From Nocardioidaceae bacterium (GTDB taxonomy: Bacteria; Actinomycetota; Actinomycetes; Propionibacteriales; Nocardioidaceae), in the NCBI GenBank assembly GCA_013696015.1, contig JACCZI010000133.1, positions 1-37,222 on the forward strand: a stretch of 37,222 nt of DNA, read 5' to 3'. The position numbers and the translations under genes are program-made. The notes beneath the pieces were generated by a model that saw only the letters and a list, made by a program, of their open reading frames with translations, was not told the DNA's origin and made no database searches. Positions 1 to 8,413 of the stretch are shown in pieces; positions within the stretch are counted from its first letter, which is position 1; every line of letters starts with the position of its first letter.

Positions 1-232
1 CCTGTGAGCCGCGGCGCGCGAGCCCGGCGAGCAGCGGCCCGGTGCCCGGCTCGCTGCCGAAGGAGGCATATGCCGCCGCCGTCGTCGGCTCTTGGAGCTC
101 CGGTAGGTCGAGCACATGGAGCGCCAGCGACTCGGCGTCGGCGGCTCGCTGCTCGGGGGAGCGGGATCGCCGGGCGGCAAGCACCTCCCGCCGCAGCCGC
201 GCCTTGGCCTCGGCCCCGGCATTGACGATCAC
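1..232 (-). CDS. 5-formyltetrahydrofolate cyclo-ligase, N-terminal part only (gene runs off the left edge)
   Basis: Absent from the ORF track because there is no stop inside the window. My reverse-strand translation from GTG at 232 reads VIVNAGAEAKARLRREVLAARRSRSPEQRAADAESLALHVLDLPELQEPTTAAAYASFGSEPGTGPLLAGLARRG. This fits the N-terminal K-x-LR...R / AAY...EP pattern of this family. Its position, divergent from the UDP-glucose pyrophosphorylase/moeA genes, matches mycobacterial synteny. Confidence 0.5.
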   Translation of the reverse strand, partial: MIVNAGAEAKARLRREVLAARRSRSPEQRAADAESLALHVLDLPELQEPTTAAAYASFGSEPGTGPLLAGLARRGSQ

Positions 233-278
233 CGCGTCAGCGTAGGCGCCCCCGCAGTGCCGCCTACGATTCGGTGGC

Positions 279-1661
279 ATGAGTGGAACGGGACTGCAGC
301 AGGCTCGGGAGCGGATGCGCGGGGCGGGGGTGCCCGAGCTGGCCATCGACGTCTTCGCGCACTACTACGGCCAGCTGGAGAGTGGCGCGAGCGGCATGAT
401 CCCCGAGGCCGACATCGAACCGCTGGCGGACCCGCCCCGGCTCGCCGAGCTCGACATCGGCTCCGACGCTTCCCGCGAGGCGCTCGGCGCCACCGCGATC
501 ATCAAGCTCAACGGCGGTCTCGGGACGTCGATGGGCATGGACCGGGCGAAGTCGCTGCTGCCGGTGCGCGACGACCTGACCTTCCTCGACCTGATCGTGC
601 GCCAGGTGCTGCACACCCGTCGGGCGTACGCGGTGCGGCTACCGCTGGTGTTGATGGACAGCTTCCGCACCCGCGACGACACCCGGGAGGCGCTGCGGGC
701 GTACGACGAGCTGGTGGTGGACGACCTGCCGCTCTACTTCCTGCAGAACCGGGAGCCCAAGCTGCGCGCCGACGACCTGATGCCGGTGTCGTGGCCGGCC
801 GACCCGTCGCTGGAGTGGTGCCCTCCCGGACACGGTGACCTCTACACGGCGCTCGAGGTGTCCGGTGTGCTCGCGCGGTTGCTCGACGCCGGCTTCCGGT
901 ACGCCAGCGTCTCCAACTCCGACAACCTCGGCGCCGCACCCGACCCGCTGATCGCCGGCTGGTTCGCCGGCAGCGGTGCCCCGTACGCCGCGGAGGTGTG
1001 CCGCCGGACGACGGCGGACCGCAAGGGCGGGCACCTCGCCGTGAACCGCAGCGACGGGCGGCTGATCCTTCGCGAGACCGCGCAGACGGCGCAGGAGGAT
1101 GTCGCCGCGATGAGCGACATCACCCGCCACCGCTACTTCCACACCAACAACCTGTGGTTCGATCTGCACCTGCTCGCCGACACACTGCGGCAGCGGGAGG
1201 GGGTGCTCGGCCTGCCGTTGATCCGCAACCTCAAGACCGTCGACCCGGCGGACCCGAGCTCGCCGCAGGTCGTGCAGATCGAGACCGCGATGGGCGCCGC
1301 GATCAAGGTGTTCGAGGGCGCGCTGGCGCTCGAGGTCGACCGGTCGCGCTTCGTGCCGGTGAAGACGACCAACGACCTGCTCGTGCTGCGCTCCGACGTG
1401 TACAGCGCCGGTCCGGAAGCGCAGCTGCGGCGCCGCAGCGTCGACGTGCCGCTCGTCGACCTCGACCCGAAGCACTACAAGACGATCGACGCCTTCGAGC
1501 ACCGGTTCCCGGCGGGGCCCCCGTCGCTGGTGGCCGCGCGGTCGCTGACCGTACGCGGTGACTGGACGTTCGGGGCGCGCGTGACCGTTGAGGGCGAGGC
1601 TCAACTGGACGACCCGGGAACGCCGTCGCGCGTGCCCGAGGGTGTCACGCTAGGCGAATAG
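279..1661 (+). CDS. UTP--glucose-1-phosphate uridylyltransferase (UDPGP family)
   Basis: 460-aa ORF with the UDPGP-family glycine loop IIKLNGGLGTSMGMDRAKSLLPV, plus NSDNLGA and HLAVNRSDGRLILRE. ATG start. Confidence 0.9.
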   Translation: MSGTGLQQARERMRGAGVPELAIDVFAHYYGQLESGASGMIPEADIEPLADPPRLAELDIGSDASREALGATAIIKLNGGLGTSMGMDRAKSLLPVRDDLTFLDLIVRQVLHTRRAYAVRLPLVLMDSFRTRDDTREALRAYDELVVDDLPLYFLQNREPKLRADDLMPVSWPADPSLEWCPPGHGDLYTALEVSGVLARLLDAGFRYASVSNSDNLGAAPDPLIAGWFAGSGAPYAAEVCRRTTADRKGGHLAVNRSDGRLILRETAQTAQEDVAAMSDITRHRYFHTNNLWFDLHLLADTLRQREGVLGLPLIRNLKTVDPADPSSPQVVQIETAMGAAIKVFEGALALEVDRSRFVPVKTTNDLLVLRSDVYSAGPEAQLRRRSVDVPLVDLDPKHYKTIDAFEHRFPAGPPSLVAARSLTVRGDWTFGARVTVEGEAQLDDPGTPSRVPEGVTLGE

Positions 1662-1662
1662 G

Positions 1663-2925
1663 GTGGCGGGCATGCCCTCCGACACCGCGTCCGGGACGGC
1701 GCAGCTGCGGCCCGTCGACGAGCACCTGCGTCGGATCATCGAGATGATCGCGCCGCTGGAGCCGTACGACCAGCCGTTGCTGGAGGCGCACGGGCTGCCG
1801 GTGTGCGAGGACGTGACCTCACCGATCGCGCTGCCGCGCTTCGACAACTCCTCGATGGACGGGTACGCGGTGCGACACGGCGACGTCACGGGCGCCAGCG
1901 ACGAGGCGCCCATCCACCTGCCGGTGGTCGGCGAGTCGGCGGCCGGGTCGACGAAGCCGTACGCGATGGCCCCCGGCACCTGCCTGAAGATCATGACCGG
2001 CGCGCCGATCCCCAGTGGTGCGGACGCCGTGGTCCCGGTGGAGTGGACCGACGCCGGCCGGGCGACCGTGCGGATCTTCGCCGCACCACAGCCGGGCCAG
2101 TACCTGCGCCATGCCGGTGAGGACGTGCGCGAAGGCGACCTCGTCGTCACTGAGGGCACCCTGCTCGGAGCCCGGCAGATTGCGGTGCTGGCGGCTGCCG
2201 GGAAGGCGCAGGTGAGTGCCCGACCCCGGCCCCGTGTAGTGGTGATATCGACCGGCAGCGAGCTGCGCGACCCCGGCGGCTCGCTCGACTTCGACTCGAT
2301 CTACGACGCCAACAGCTTCATGCTGGCTGCCGCCGCCCGGGCTATGGGTGCGATCGCGTACCGGGTCGGGATCGTCAGTGACGACCCGCTGAACTTCTCC
2401 GACGCGCTGTCCGACCAGCTGGTGCGCGCGGACGCCGTCGTCACCAGCGGGGGGGTGAGTATGGGCGACTACGACGTGGTCAAGGACGTGCTCGGCCGGC
2501 TCGGCACCGTGGAGTTCTGCGACGTGGCGATGCAGCCGGGCAAGCCACAGGGCTTCGGGCGGGTCGGTGAGGACGGCACGCCGATCTTCACGCTCCCTGG
2601 CAACCCGGTGTCGGCGTACGTGTCGTTCGAGGTCTTCGTCGCGCCCGCGCTGCGCCGGATGATGGGCCGCCAGCCGTACCGCCGGCCGTTGGTGCAGGCT
2701 CAGCTGATGCGAGACGTGCGCTCGATCCTCGGCAAGCGGCAGTACGTTCGGGCACACTTCGAGGTCACGGCCGACGGGGCGACGGTGACACCGGTCGGGG
2801 GACACGGCTCGCACCTGGTGGGGGACCTCGCCGCCGCTAACTCGCTGCTGGTGGTCGCCGAGGACGCGACCGGGCTGGCCGCCGGCGACACAGCCGGTGT
2901 GCTGGTGCTGGACCGGGACTTCTGA
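1663..2925 (+). CDS. moeA: molybdopterin molybdenumtransferase MoeA
   Basis: 420-aa ORF with FDNSSMDGYAV, TSGGVSMGDYDVVKDVL and LPGNPVSAYVSFEVF. Followed by moaC and moaB. Confidence 0.9.
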   Translation: MAGMPSDTASGTAQLRPVDEHLRRIIEMIAPLEPYDQPLLEAHGLPVCEDVTSPIALPRFDNSSMDGYAVRHGDVTGASDEAPIHLPVVGESAAGSTKPYAMAPGTCLKIMTGAPIPSGADAVVPVEWTDAGRATVRIFAAPQPGQYLRHAGEDVREGDLVVTEGTLLGARQIAVLAAAGKAQVSARPRPRVVVISTGSELRDPGGSLDFDSIYDANSFMLAAAARAMGAIAYRVGIVSDDPLNFSDALSDQLVRADAVVTSGGVSMGDYDVVKDVLGRLGTVEFCDVAMQPGKPQGFGRVGEDGTPIFTLPGNPVSAYVSFEVFVAPALRRMMGRQPYRRPLVQAQLMRDVRSILGKRQYVRAHFEVTADGATVTPVGGHGSHLVGDLAAANSLLVVAEDATGLAAGDTAGVLVLDRDF

Positions 2926-2926
2926 G

Positions 2927-3409
2927 GTGCCTGGCAATGAGGCGTCACGGCTGACGCATATCGACGAGCAGGGCGCCGCGCGCATGGTCGACGTCTCGGG
3001 CAAGGCCGAGACAGCCCGAGAGGCCACCGCAAGCGCCCGGGTCCTGGTGAGCACCGAAGTGCTCGGGTTGCTCCGGGGGCAGGGGGTCCCCAAGGGCGAC
3101 GCGCTCGGCGTGGCGCGGGTGGCCGGCATCATGGCCGCCAAGCGCACCTCGGACCTGGTGCCGCTGTGCCACCCGGTCGCGATCGACGGTGTCTCAGTCG
3201 ACCTCGAGGTTGCCGACGACGCCGTCCACATCAGGGCGACGGTGCGTACGACCGACCGGACCGGGGTAGAGATGGAGGCGTTGACGGCGGCCAGCGTCGC
3301 GGCGCTGGCGCTCTACGACATGGTGAAGGCGGTCGACCGCGCGGCGGTGATCACCGAGGTGCGCGTCGAGGCCAAGTCCGGTGGCCGTGGCGGCGACTGG
3401 GAACGCTGA
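2927..3409 (+). CDS. moaC: cyclic pyranopterin monophosphate synthase MoaC
   Basis: LTHIDEQGAARMVDVSGK, LVPLCHP, TGVEMEALTAASVAALALYDM. I moved the start to GTG 2927, just after the moeA stop at 2923-2925. The track ORF start at 2897 overlaps moeA. Confidence 0.9.
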   Translation: MPGNEASRLTHIDEQGAARMVDVSGKAETAREATASARVLVSTEVLGLLRGQGVPKGDALGVARVAGIMAAKRTSDLVPLCHPVAIDGVSVDLEVADDAVHIRATVRTTDRTGVEMEALTAASVAALALYDMVKAVDRAAVITEVRVEAKSGGRGGDWER

Positions 3410-3418
3410 GGAGGACGG

Positions 3419-3907
3419 GTGGACGAAGCAGCGCCGCGGGGCCGCGTCATTACCGCCTCCAACCGAGCCGCCGCAGGTGTTTACGCCGACCGGGCGGGTC
3501 CGATGATCGTGGAACGCTTGCAGGAATGGGGTTTCGAGACACCTGAGCCGATCGTGGTGGCTGACGGTGCGCCGGTCGAGCAGGCGCTGAGAGACGCGGT
3601 GGCGGACCGCGTGGACGTGGTGATCACCACCGGCGGCACCGGCCTCAGCCCCACCGATGAGACACCGGAGCGCACCGCGGCCGTGCTGGACTACGAGGTG
3701 CCGGGAATCGCCGAGGCGATCCGTGCCGACGGTGTAGGCCGCGGGGTGCCGACCGCGATGCTGTCCCGTGGCCTGGCCGGCATCGCCCGGCAGACCGTGG
3801 TGGTGAACCTGCCGGGGTCACCAGGCGGCGTCACGGACGGTCTGGCGGTGCTCGAGGGTGTCCTGCGGCACGCCGTCGACCAGCTGCGCGGTGGTGATCA
3901 CCCCTGA
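3419..3907 (+). CDS. moaB: MoaB/MogA-family molybdenum cofactor biosynthesis protein
   Basis: 162 aa with VITASNRAAAGVYADRAGP and VITTGGTGLSPTDETPE, the MoCF_biosynth domain signature. Confidence 0.85.
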   Translation: MDEAAPRGRVITASNRAAAGVYADRAGPMIVERLQEWGFETPEPIVVADGAPVEQALRDAVADRVDVVITTGGTGLSPTDETPERTAAVLDYEVPGIAEAIRADGVGRGVPTAMLSRGLAGIARQTVVVNLPGSPGGVTDGLAVLEGVLRHAVDQLRGGDHP

Positions 3908-3990
3908 GCCGCGGCTGGCCGGTCGTCCTGCGCCACGGGCCGGTCCGGCTGCGTCCGATCAGAAGCCGAGACGCCAAGGCATACCGGCAG

Positions 3991-4497
3991 GTGCGAGCCC
4001 GCAACGTCGACTGGCTGCGGCAGTGGGAGGCGACACTGCCGCCGGGCTCCGCGGCGGAGACGGGATCGTTCGGTGCGATGGTGCGCGGCGTCCGCCGCCA
4101 GGCGCGCCGCGGGGGCGGCATGCCGTTCGTGACCACGCTGGACGACCGGCTGGTGGGTCAGGTGACGGTGACCGGGATCACGTGGGGATCTGCCCGGTGG
4201 GCGCAGGTCGGGTACTGGATTGATCGTGAGCATGCCGGTCAGGGCGTGACACCGCTGGCGGTGGCACTGGTCGTGGACCACTGCTTCGAGGCCGTGGGCC
4301 TGCACCGCATCGAGATCGCGATTCGGCCCGAAAACACCGCGAGCCTGCGGGTGGTCGAGAAGCTGGGGCTGCGCCGAGAAGCCCAGGCGCCTCGCTACCT
4401 GCACATCAACGGCGACTGGCGTGACCACGAGATCTTCGCCGTGACCGCTGAGGAGGTCCCCGAAGGACTGCTCAGTCGCTACCTGTCCCCGCGCTGA
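3991..4497 (+). CDS. GNAT family N-acetyltransferase, RimJ/RimL-like (5' end probably lies upstream of 3991)
   Basis: WEATLPP, QVGYWIDREHAGQGVTPLAVALVVDHCFEAVGLHRIEIAIRPENTASLRVVEKLGL, the acetyl-CoA binding Q/RxxGxG/A region. The in-frame sequence upstream (3904-3990) still looks like family N-terminus; see finding. Confidence 0.8.
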   Translation: MRARNVDWLRQWEATLPPGSAAETGSFGAMVRGVRRQARRGGGMPFVTTLDDRLVGQVTVTGITWGSARWAQVGYWIDREHAGQGVTPLAVALVVDHCFEAVGLHRIEIAIRPENTASLRVVEKLGLRREAQAPRYLHINGDWRDHEIFAVTAEEVPEGLLSRYLSPR

Positions 4498-5264
4498 CCG
4501 GCCGGACGCAGGCGCAGGATGACGTCGTCGTCCAACTGACGGTGACCGAGCACCCATCCGTGCCCGGTGACCAGCGCAGCCGCCGTCGACAGCTGCTCGG
4601 CCGCGAGCATCGTGAGGAAGACGCCCGAGGGCGCCAGCCAGGTGCCCAAGTCGGGCAACACGGCGCGCAGTGCGTCGAGCCCGTCCCGCCCGCCCCGAAC
4701 GGCGCACTCTTCCTCCGACCGACGGTAGTCGGCCGGTATCTCTCGGAGCCTCTTGTCGGGGACGTGCGGCAGGTATGCGGCGACGACCTCGAGGTGGTGG
4801 GCGAGCTCGCCCGGCAGATCGGCCCACCAGTCGCTCAAGACAACGGAGAAGCCGAAACGCTCGGCGTTGACGCGCGCGCACCGTACGGCCGTCTCGGACA
4901 CGTCGCTGGCCCAGACGTCTGCGGTCGCGACACGCGACGCGACCGTCGCCGCGATGGCGCCGGCGCCGCATCCGAGGTCGAGGAACGTCGCAGCGGACGC
5001 TCGGCGCATGTCGTCCACGGCCGCCACTGCCAGCACCTCCGCACGACGCCGAGGAATGAAGACCCGTGGCTGGACCGCGATGCGCAGCCGAGCGAAGCTG
5101 GCGTAGCCCAGCACGTGCTCCAACGGCTCACCTGCCGTCCGACGACCCACTGCCGCCTCCAGGGCAGGCCCCTCGGCGTACGTGTCCAGGAGCAGACCGG
5201 CCTCCTTCTCGGCGAAGACACACCCGCCCACGCGCAGGTGCGCCACGGCGTCGGCTGCCTTCAC
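4479..5264 (-). CDS. PrmC/HemK-related class I SAM-dependent methyltransferase (putative protein N5-glutamine methyltransferase-like)
   Basis: 261 aa with LEHVLGYASFARLRIAVQPRVFIPRRRAEVL and the SAM motif I FLDLGCGAGAIAATVA. Overlaps the convergent GNAT gene by 19 nt. Confidence 0.7.
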   Translation of the reverse strand: MKAADAVAHLRVGGCVFAEKEAGLLLDTYAEGPALEAAVGRRTAGEPLEHVLGYASFARLRIAVQPRVFIPRRRAEVLAVAAVDDMRRASAATFLDLGCGAGAIAATVASRVATADVWASDVSETAVRCARVNAERFGFSVVLSDWWADLPGELAHHLEVVAAYLPHVPDKRLREIPADYRRSEEECAVRGGRDGLDALRAVLPDLGTWLAPSGVFLTMLAAEQLSTAAALVTGHGWVLGHRQLDDDVILRLRPAGQRGDR

Positions 5265-5389
5265 GCCGGATATTCAACCGGGTGGGGACAATTCTCCGGT
5301 TGGGTCGCCTCATTCGTCACAGGAGTTCTCATGCGACACACCGGTTGTGGACTCACGCGCGCGCGCCCGCAACGCCTACGGTTCCGACT

Positions 5390-6199
5390 GTGGGAACCGG
5401 GCTGATCTACGGCGCGATCGTGGTGGTGTGGGCAGTCTTCCTGGTCCCGTACGCGCTGCGCCGCTACGACGAGGCCGCGCACACTCGCTCGATCGAGAAG
5501 TTCTCCACCGCGATGCGGGTGCTCGGACGACGCGACCATGCTGAACCCGCGGCGCCGGCTCCGGCGCTCGCCCCTCCGTCCCCGACCCGGACCGCCGCCC
5601 GAGTCGCCGCGCAGCGTCGGAGACGTACGTTGCTCCTGCTGCTCGGCGTCTGCGCGTTGGTGATCGGGCTCGGTGTCACAGGACTGGTGCCGATCTGGGT
5701 TGCGCCCCTGCCGGTGGTGCTGGTCGGTGGCTTCCTGGTGGCGTGCCGCCGGCAGGTCCGCCGTGAGAACGACGCGCAGTGGACCCAGCGGGCGGAGCGG
5801 CCATCGACCGCGCCGCGTCGGGGCGTGCGGGTGGACTCCGCGTACGGCGGGACTGGCCACGCTGTCGGGGACGAACCTGACGACGCACCGACCGTTGTGC
5901 TCTCGGGCGATGCGCTGGTGGAGTCGGAGGCAGTTGCCGTGCCGGTCGGGACCAGCGACGGCCGGTCGCTGTGGGACCCGCTGCCGGTCACGTTGCCCAC
6001 GTACGTCTCGAAGCCCCGGGTGGCCAGGTCGATCCGGACGATCGACCTGGGTGAGCCGGGCACCTGGACGTCGGGGCACGTCGCGGACGAGCAGACCGCG
6101 ATGCCGGAGTCCGAGGTGTCGGAGTCCGAGGTGCCCGAGTCCGAGGTGCCGGAGTCCGAGGTGCCGGAGTCCGAACCTCGTCGCGCCGTCGGCTCCTAA
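5390..6199 (+). CDS. divisome-associated membrane protein, SepX/GlpR-like
   Basis: From GTG 5390: MGTGLIYGAIVVVWAVFLVPYALRRYDEAAHTRSIEKFSTAMRVLGRR. This matches my recollection of the conserved N-terminus of actinobacterial SepX/GlpR proteins. There is a second TM block, LLLLLGVCALVIGLGVTGLVPIWVAPLPVVLVGGFLVA. The upstream part of track ORF 5066.. is Arg/Pro-rich and was discarded. Confidence 0.65.
   Translation: MGTGLIYGAIVVVWAVFLVPYALRRYDEAAHTRSIEKFSTAMRVLGRRDHAEPAAPAPALAPPSPTRTAARVAAQRRRRTLLLLLGVCALVIGLGVTGLVPIWVAPLPVVLVGGFLVACRRQVRRENDAQWTQRAERPSTAPRRGVRVDSAYGGTGHAVGDEPDDAPTVVLSGDALVESEAVAVPVGTSDGRSLWDPLPVTLPTYVSKPRVARSIRTIDLGEPGTWTSGHVADEQTAMPESEVSESEVPESEVPESEVPESEPRRAVGS
6107..6176 (+). 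repeat. 15-bp in-frame tandem repeat (gagtccgaggtgccg x4 plus a partial unit) encoding (ESEVP)n at the SepX/GlpR C-terminus
   Basis: Units read directly at 6107-6121, 6122-6136, 6137-6151, 6152-6166, with a partial unit at 6167-6176. The peptide is ESEVSESEVPESEVPESEVPESEP. Confidence 0.9.
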
Positions 6200-6304
6200 A
6201 GCCCGGCCACCTGAGCACGATCCTGTGCACAACCTTCCCCACAATCCGAGAACTTATGACGGGTCGCTCGGGCTATCCCGGCGTGTACTCTGTGAGGCCG
6301 TCAA

Positions 6305-6378
6305 GGGGCTGTGGCGCAGTCCGGTAGCGCACCTCGTTCGCATCGAGGGGGTCAGGGGTTCAAATCCCCTCAGCTCCA
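6305..6378 (+). tRNA. tRNA-Ala (anticodon CGC)
   Basis: Manual fold. The acceptor GGGGCTG/CAGCTCC includes the G3:U70 alanine identity pair. The anticodon arm is CCTCG-TTCGCAT-CGAGG (anticodon CGC) and the T arm is CAGGGGTTCAAATCCCCTC. Discriminator is A; CCA is not encoded. Confidence 0.9.
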
Positions 6379-6472
6379 CCCAGTGACACCCCGTCCCACA
6401 AGGCCAACCCTGGGCAGGCGATGGCAGTCCCAGATGCGGGTGTGGAACATCTGCGACCCGAGGTTATGAGGG

Positions 6473-6712
6473 GTGCGGGCTGCCACCACCGTTCAGGTGC
6501 CCATCGAGCGAACGGACCTGCAGCGGCTCGGCGACGATCCCGACATCGAGGGCCATGGCTTCTTGTGGTGGATCACCACCGTCGACGACCATGCGGGTTT
6601 CCTGCGACCGGCTGGGGCGGCCAGCTCCTCGAGGTGGTTCCGGCCCGAAGACTCGTCGCGCCGGCCATCAACCCGTCATAAGTCTCGGATCGTGGGATTG
6701 GGGGTGGGCTAG
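6473..6712 (+). CDS. hypothetical small protein (79 aa)
   Basis: Third-codon positions are strongly G/C-biased in this frame by my own codon-by-codon reading, which favours real coding in a high-GC genome. I recognise no family. The 3' end overlaps repeat copy A. Confidence 0.3.
   Translation: MRAATTVQVPIERTDLQRLGDDPDIEGHGFLWWITTVDDHAGFLRPAGAASSSRWFRPEDSSRRPSTRHKSRIVGLGVG
6675..6708 (+). repeat. copy A of a ~30-nt dispersed repeat (GTCATAAGTCTCGGATCGTGGGATTGGGGGTGGG)
   Basis: Shares the core GTCAnAnGTCTCGGATCGT followed by a G-run with three copies at 23433-23584. Confidence 0.7.
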
Positions 6713-6732
6713 TCCCTGAGCATGGGGGCCGG

Positions 6733-8382
6733 CTAGACCCAGGAGGGGAGCCAGATGCGTTTCTGCCAGGCGTCGCGGGGGATCAGCGAGTCGGCCCAGA
6801 TCGGGTAGAAGTACGCGAAGCACAACAGCTCTGCGGCGACGAAACCGACAACAACCGCCGTGCCGACCAGCCGCCGGGTCGATCCGGTCTCGGGCGCGCC
6901 GAGCAGCTTGCCGAAGACCAGCGCCACCGCGATGCACGTGAACGGCACCAGCGCCACGGCATAGAAGAGGAAGATCGGCCGGTCGTCGTAGCGAAACCAC
7001 GGCAGCCACGTCGCGGCCACCCCGAGCACCGGGACCGCGAACCGCCAGTCGCGCCGCAGCACCCAGTAGCCCACACTCGCGACCAGCGCGGCGACACCGC
7101 CCCACCACAGCACTGGGTTGCCGAGGGCGAGCACCTGGCGCAGGCACGTCGAGTCGGCGGCGGCGTCGCAGCCGCCCTCCCCGGGCGGCAGGTCGAGCTG
7201 TGCGTCGATTCCCACCGGCCGGTTGAGCACCAGCCAGCCGAGCGGATGCGACTGGTACGGGTGGGTCTGGCCCGCCAGGTAGTCGCCGACGTGGAAGTCG
7301 TACATCATCTGGTGGTAGTGCCACAGCGACCGCAGCCCCTGCAGCGTCTCGCCGACCAGCCCGGTGGCCGGGGTGTTCAGGTAGGCCCCCCACGGCCCGG
7401 TGTCGCCATAGCCGAAGCCGAAGCGCGCCTCGTATACCTCGTGGTGCACCAGCCAGCCCGTCCACGTGACCAGGTACGCCACCAACGCGACGCCGACGAT
7501 CATGACCAAGCCGGGAAGGGCGTCAACGACGAGGGACTTCGCCCACGCCGCGCGCACCCCGATCGCCCGCCGCGCACCGACGTCCCATGCCCACGCGAGC
7601 AGGCCGAACACCGCCATCACGTACACCGCGCTCCACTTGGTCCCGCAGGCCAGGCCGAGACACGCGCCTGCGCCGAGCCGCCACGGGCGCCACAGCAGCG
7701 CCCGTACGGGGCCGAAACCGGTGATGTCGCTGCTCACCGGATGCGTCCGTGCCAACCGGGTCCGAGCCCAGTCGCGGTCGGCGACCAGGCACGCTGCCGC
7801 GCACACCAGCCAGAAGGCGAGGAACCCGTCGAGAAGCGCCAGCCTCGACATCACGAAGTGCAGCCCGTCGAAGGCCAGCAGCAGGCCGGCCAGGCAGCCG
7901 AGCAGCGTCGAGCCGGTCAGCCGGCGCACCAGCCGGGCCAGGACCAGCACGGTCAACGCACCCGCGACCGCTGCCGCGATGCGCCAGCCGAACGGGTCCA
8001 TGCCGAAGACCTGCTCACCCATCGCGATCAGCCACTTGCCGCCGTCGGGGTGCACGATCTGGGTGACCTCGGGCTTGAAGATGCCGTCGAAGTTCCCGGC
8101 GAGGATCTTGCGGTTGGCGGCGTCGGTGAACTCACGCACATAGCCGTACTCGAGCAGTGAGTACCCGTCCTTGGCGTAGTACGTCTCGTCGAACAGCACC
8201 GCGTGCGGCGAGCCGAGGTGCCAGACCCGGATCCCCAATGCCAGCACCGCCACGCCCAGCGGACCCAGCCAGCCCGCCCACCGTCTCGACTCCTGCGGGC
8301 GGAAGCGTTGGCGGACGCTCGGGCGGCGTCGGCCGTCGGCGGTGGTGCCGAGCGGCATGGCACGCTCGGCCGTCACCGTCAC
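6733..8382 (-). CDS. pmt: dolichyl/polyprenyl-phosphate-mannose--protein mannosyltransferase (Pmt, GT39-like)
   Basis: 549-aa polytopic membrane protein with VLFDETYYAKDGYSLLEYGY and HPDGGKWLIAMGEQVFG. Divergent from rsmI as in mycobacteria (Rv1002c/Rv1003). The start could instead be the internal Met (MPLGTT). Confidence 0.9.
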   Translation of the reverse strand: MTVTAERAMPLGTTADGRRRPSVRQRFRPQESRRWAGWLGPLGVAVLALGIRVWHLGSPHAVLFDETYYAKDGYSLLEYGYVREFTDAANRKILAGNFDGIFKPEVTQIVHPDGGKWLIAMGEQVFGMDPFGWRIAAAVAGALTVLVLARLVRRLTGSTLLGCLAGLLLAFDGLHFVMSRLALLDGFLAFWLVCAAACLVADRDWARTRLARTHPVSSDITGFGPVRALLWRPWRLGAGACLGLACGTKWSAVYVMAVFGLLAWAWDVGARRAIGVRAAWAKSLVVDALPGLVMIVGVALVAYLVTWTGWLVHHEVYEARFGFGYGDTGPWGAYLNTPATGLVGETLQGLRSLWHYHQMMYDFHVGDYLAGQTHPYQSHPLGWLVLNRPVGIDAQLDLPPGEGGCDAAADSTCLRQVLALGNPVLWWGGVAALVASVGYWVLRRDWRFAVPVLGVAATWLPWFRYDDRPIFLFYAVALVPFTCIAVALVFGKLLGAPETGSTRRLVGTAVVVGFVAAELLCFAYFYPIWADSLIPRDAWQKRIWLPSWV

Positions 8383-8413
8383 GCCTGAATCGTAGGTGCG
8401 CGATCATGGCGGC

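Noticed and set aside
5066-5389. Upstream extension of the SepX/GlpR ORF. Similar extensions exist at 12940-13230 (rsmA), 26226-26420 (rplY) and 10903-10974 (tatD).
   Set aside because: The extensions are Arg/Pro-rich, overlap neighbouring genes or lie in intergenic DNA, and precede the point where family similarity starts.
5331-5405. 24-codon upstream ORF (MRHTGCGLTRARPQRLRFRLWEPG) with an AGGAG 5 nt before its ATG, overlapping the SepX/GlpR start
   Set aside because: The Shine-Dalgarno spacing is attractive, but the peptide has no recognisable features and only moderate third-position GC. A single instance cannot be distinguished from chance. It is worth checking only if Ribo-seq data exist.
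6691-6735. G-runs (GGG, GGGGG, GGG, GGGGG) following repeat copy A, considered as a potential G-quadruplex
   Set aside because: One loop would be 15 nt long, and such G-runs are frequent in 70% GC DNA. There is no independent support.
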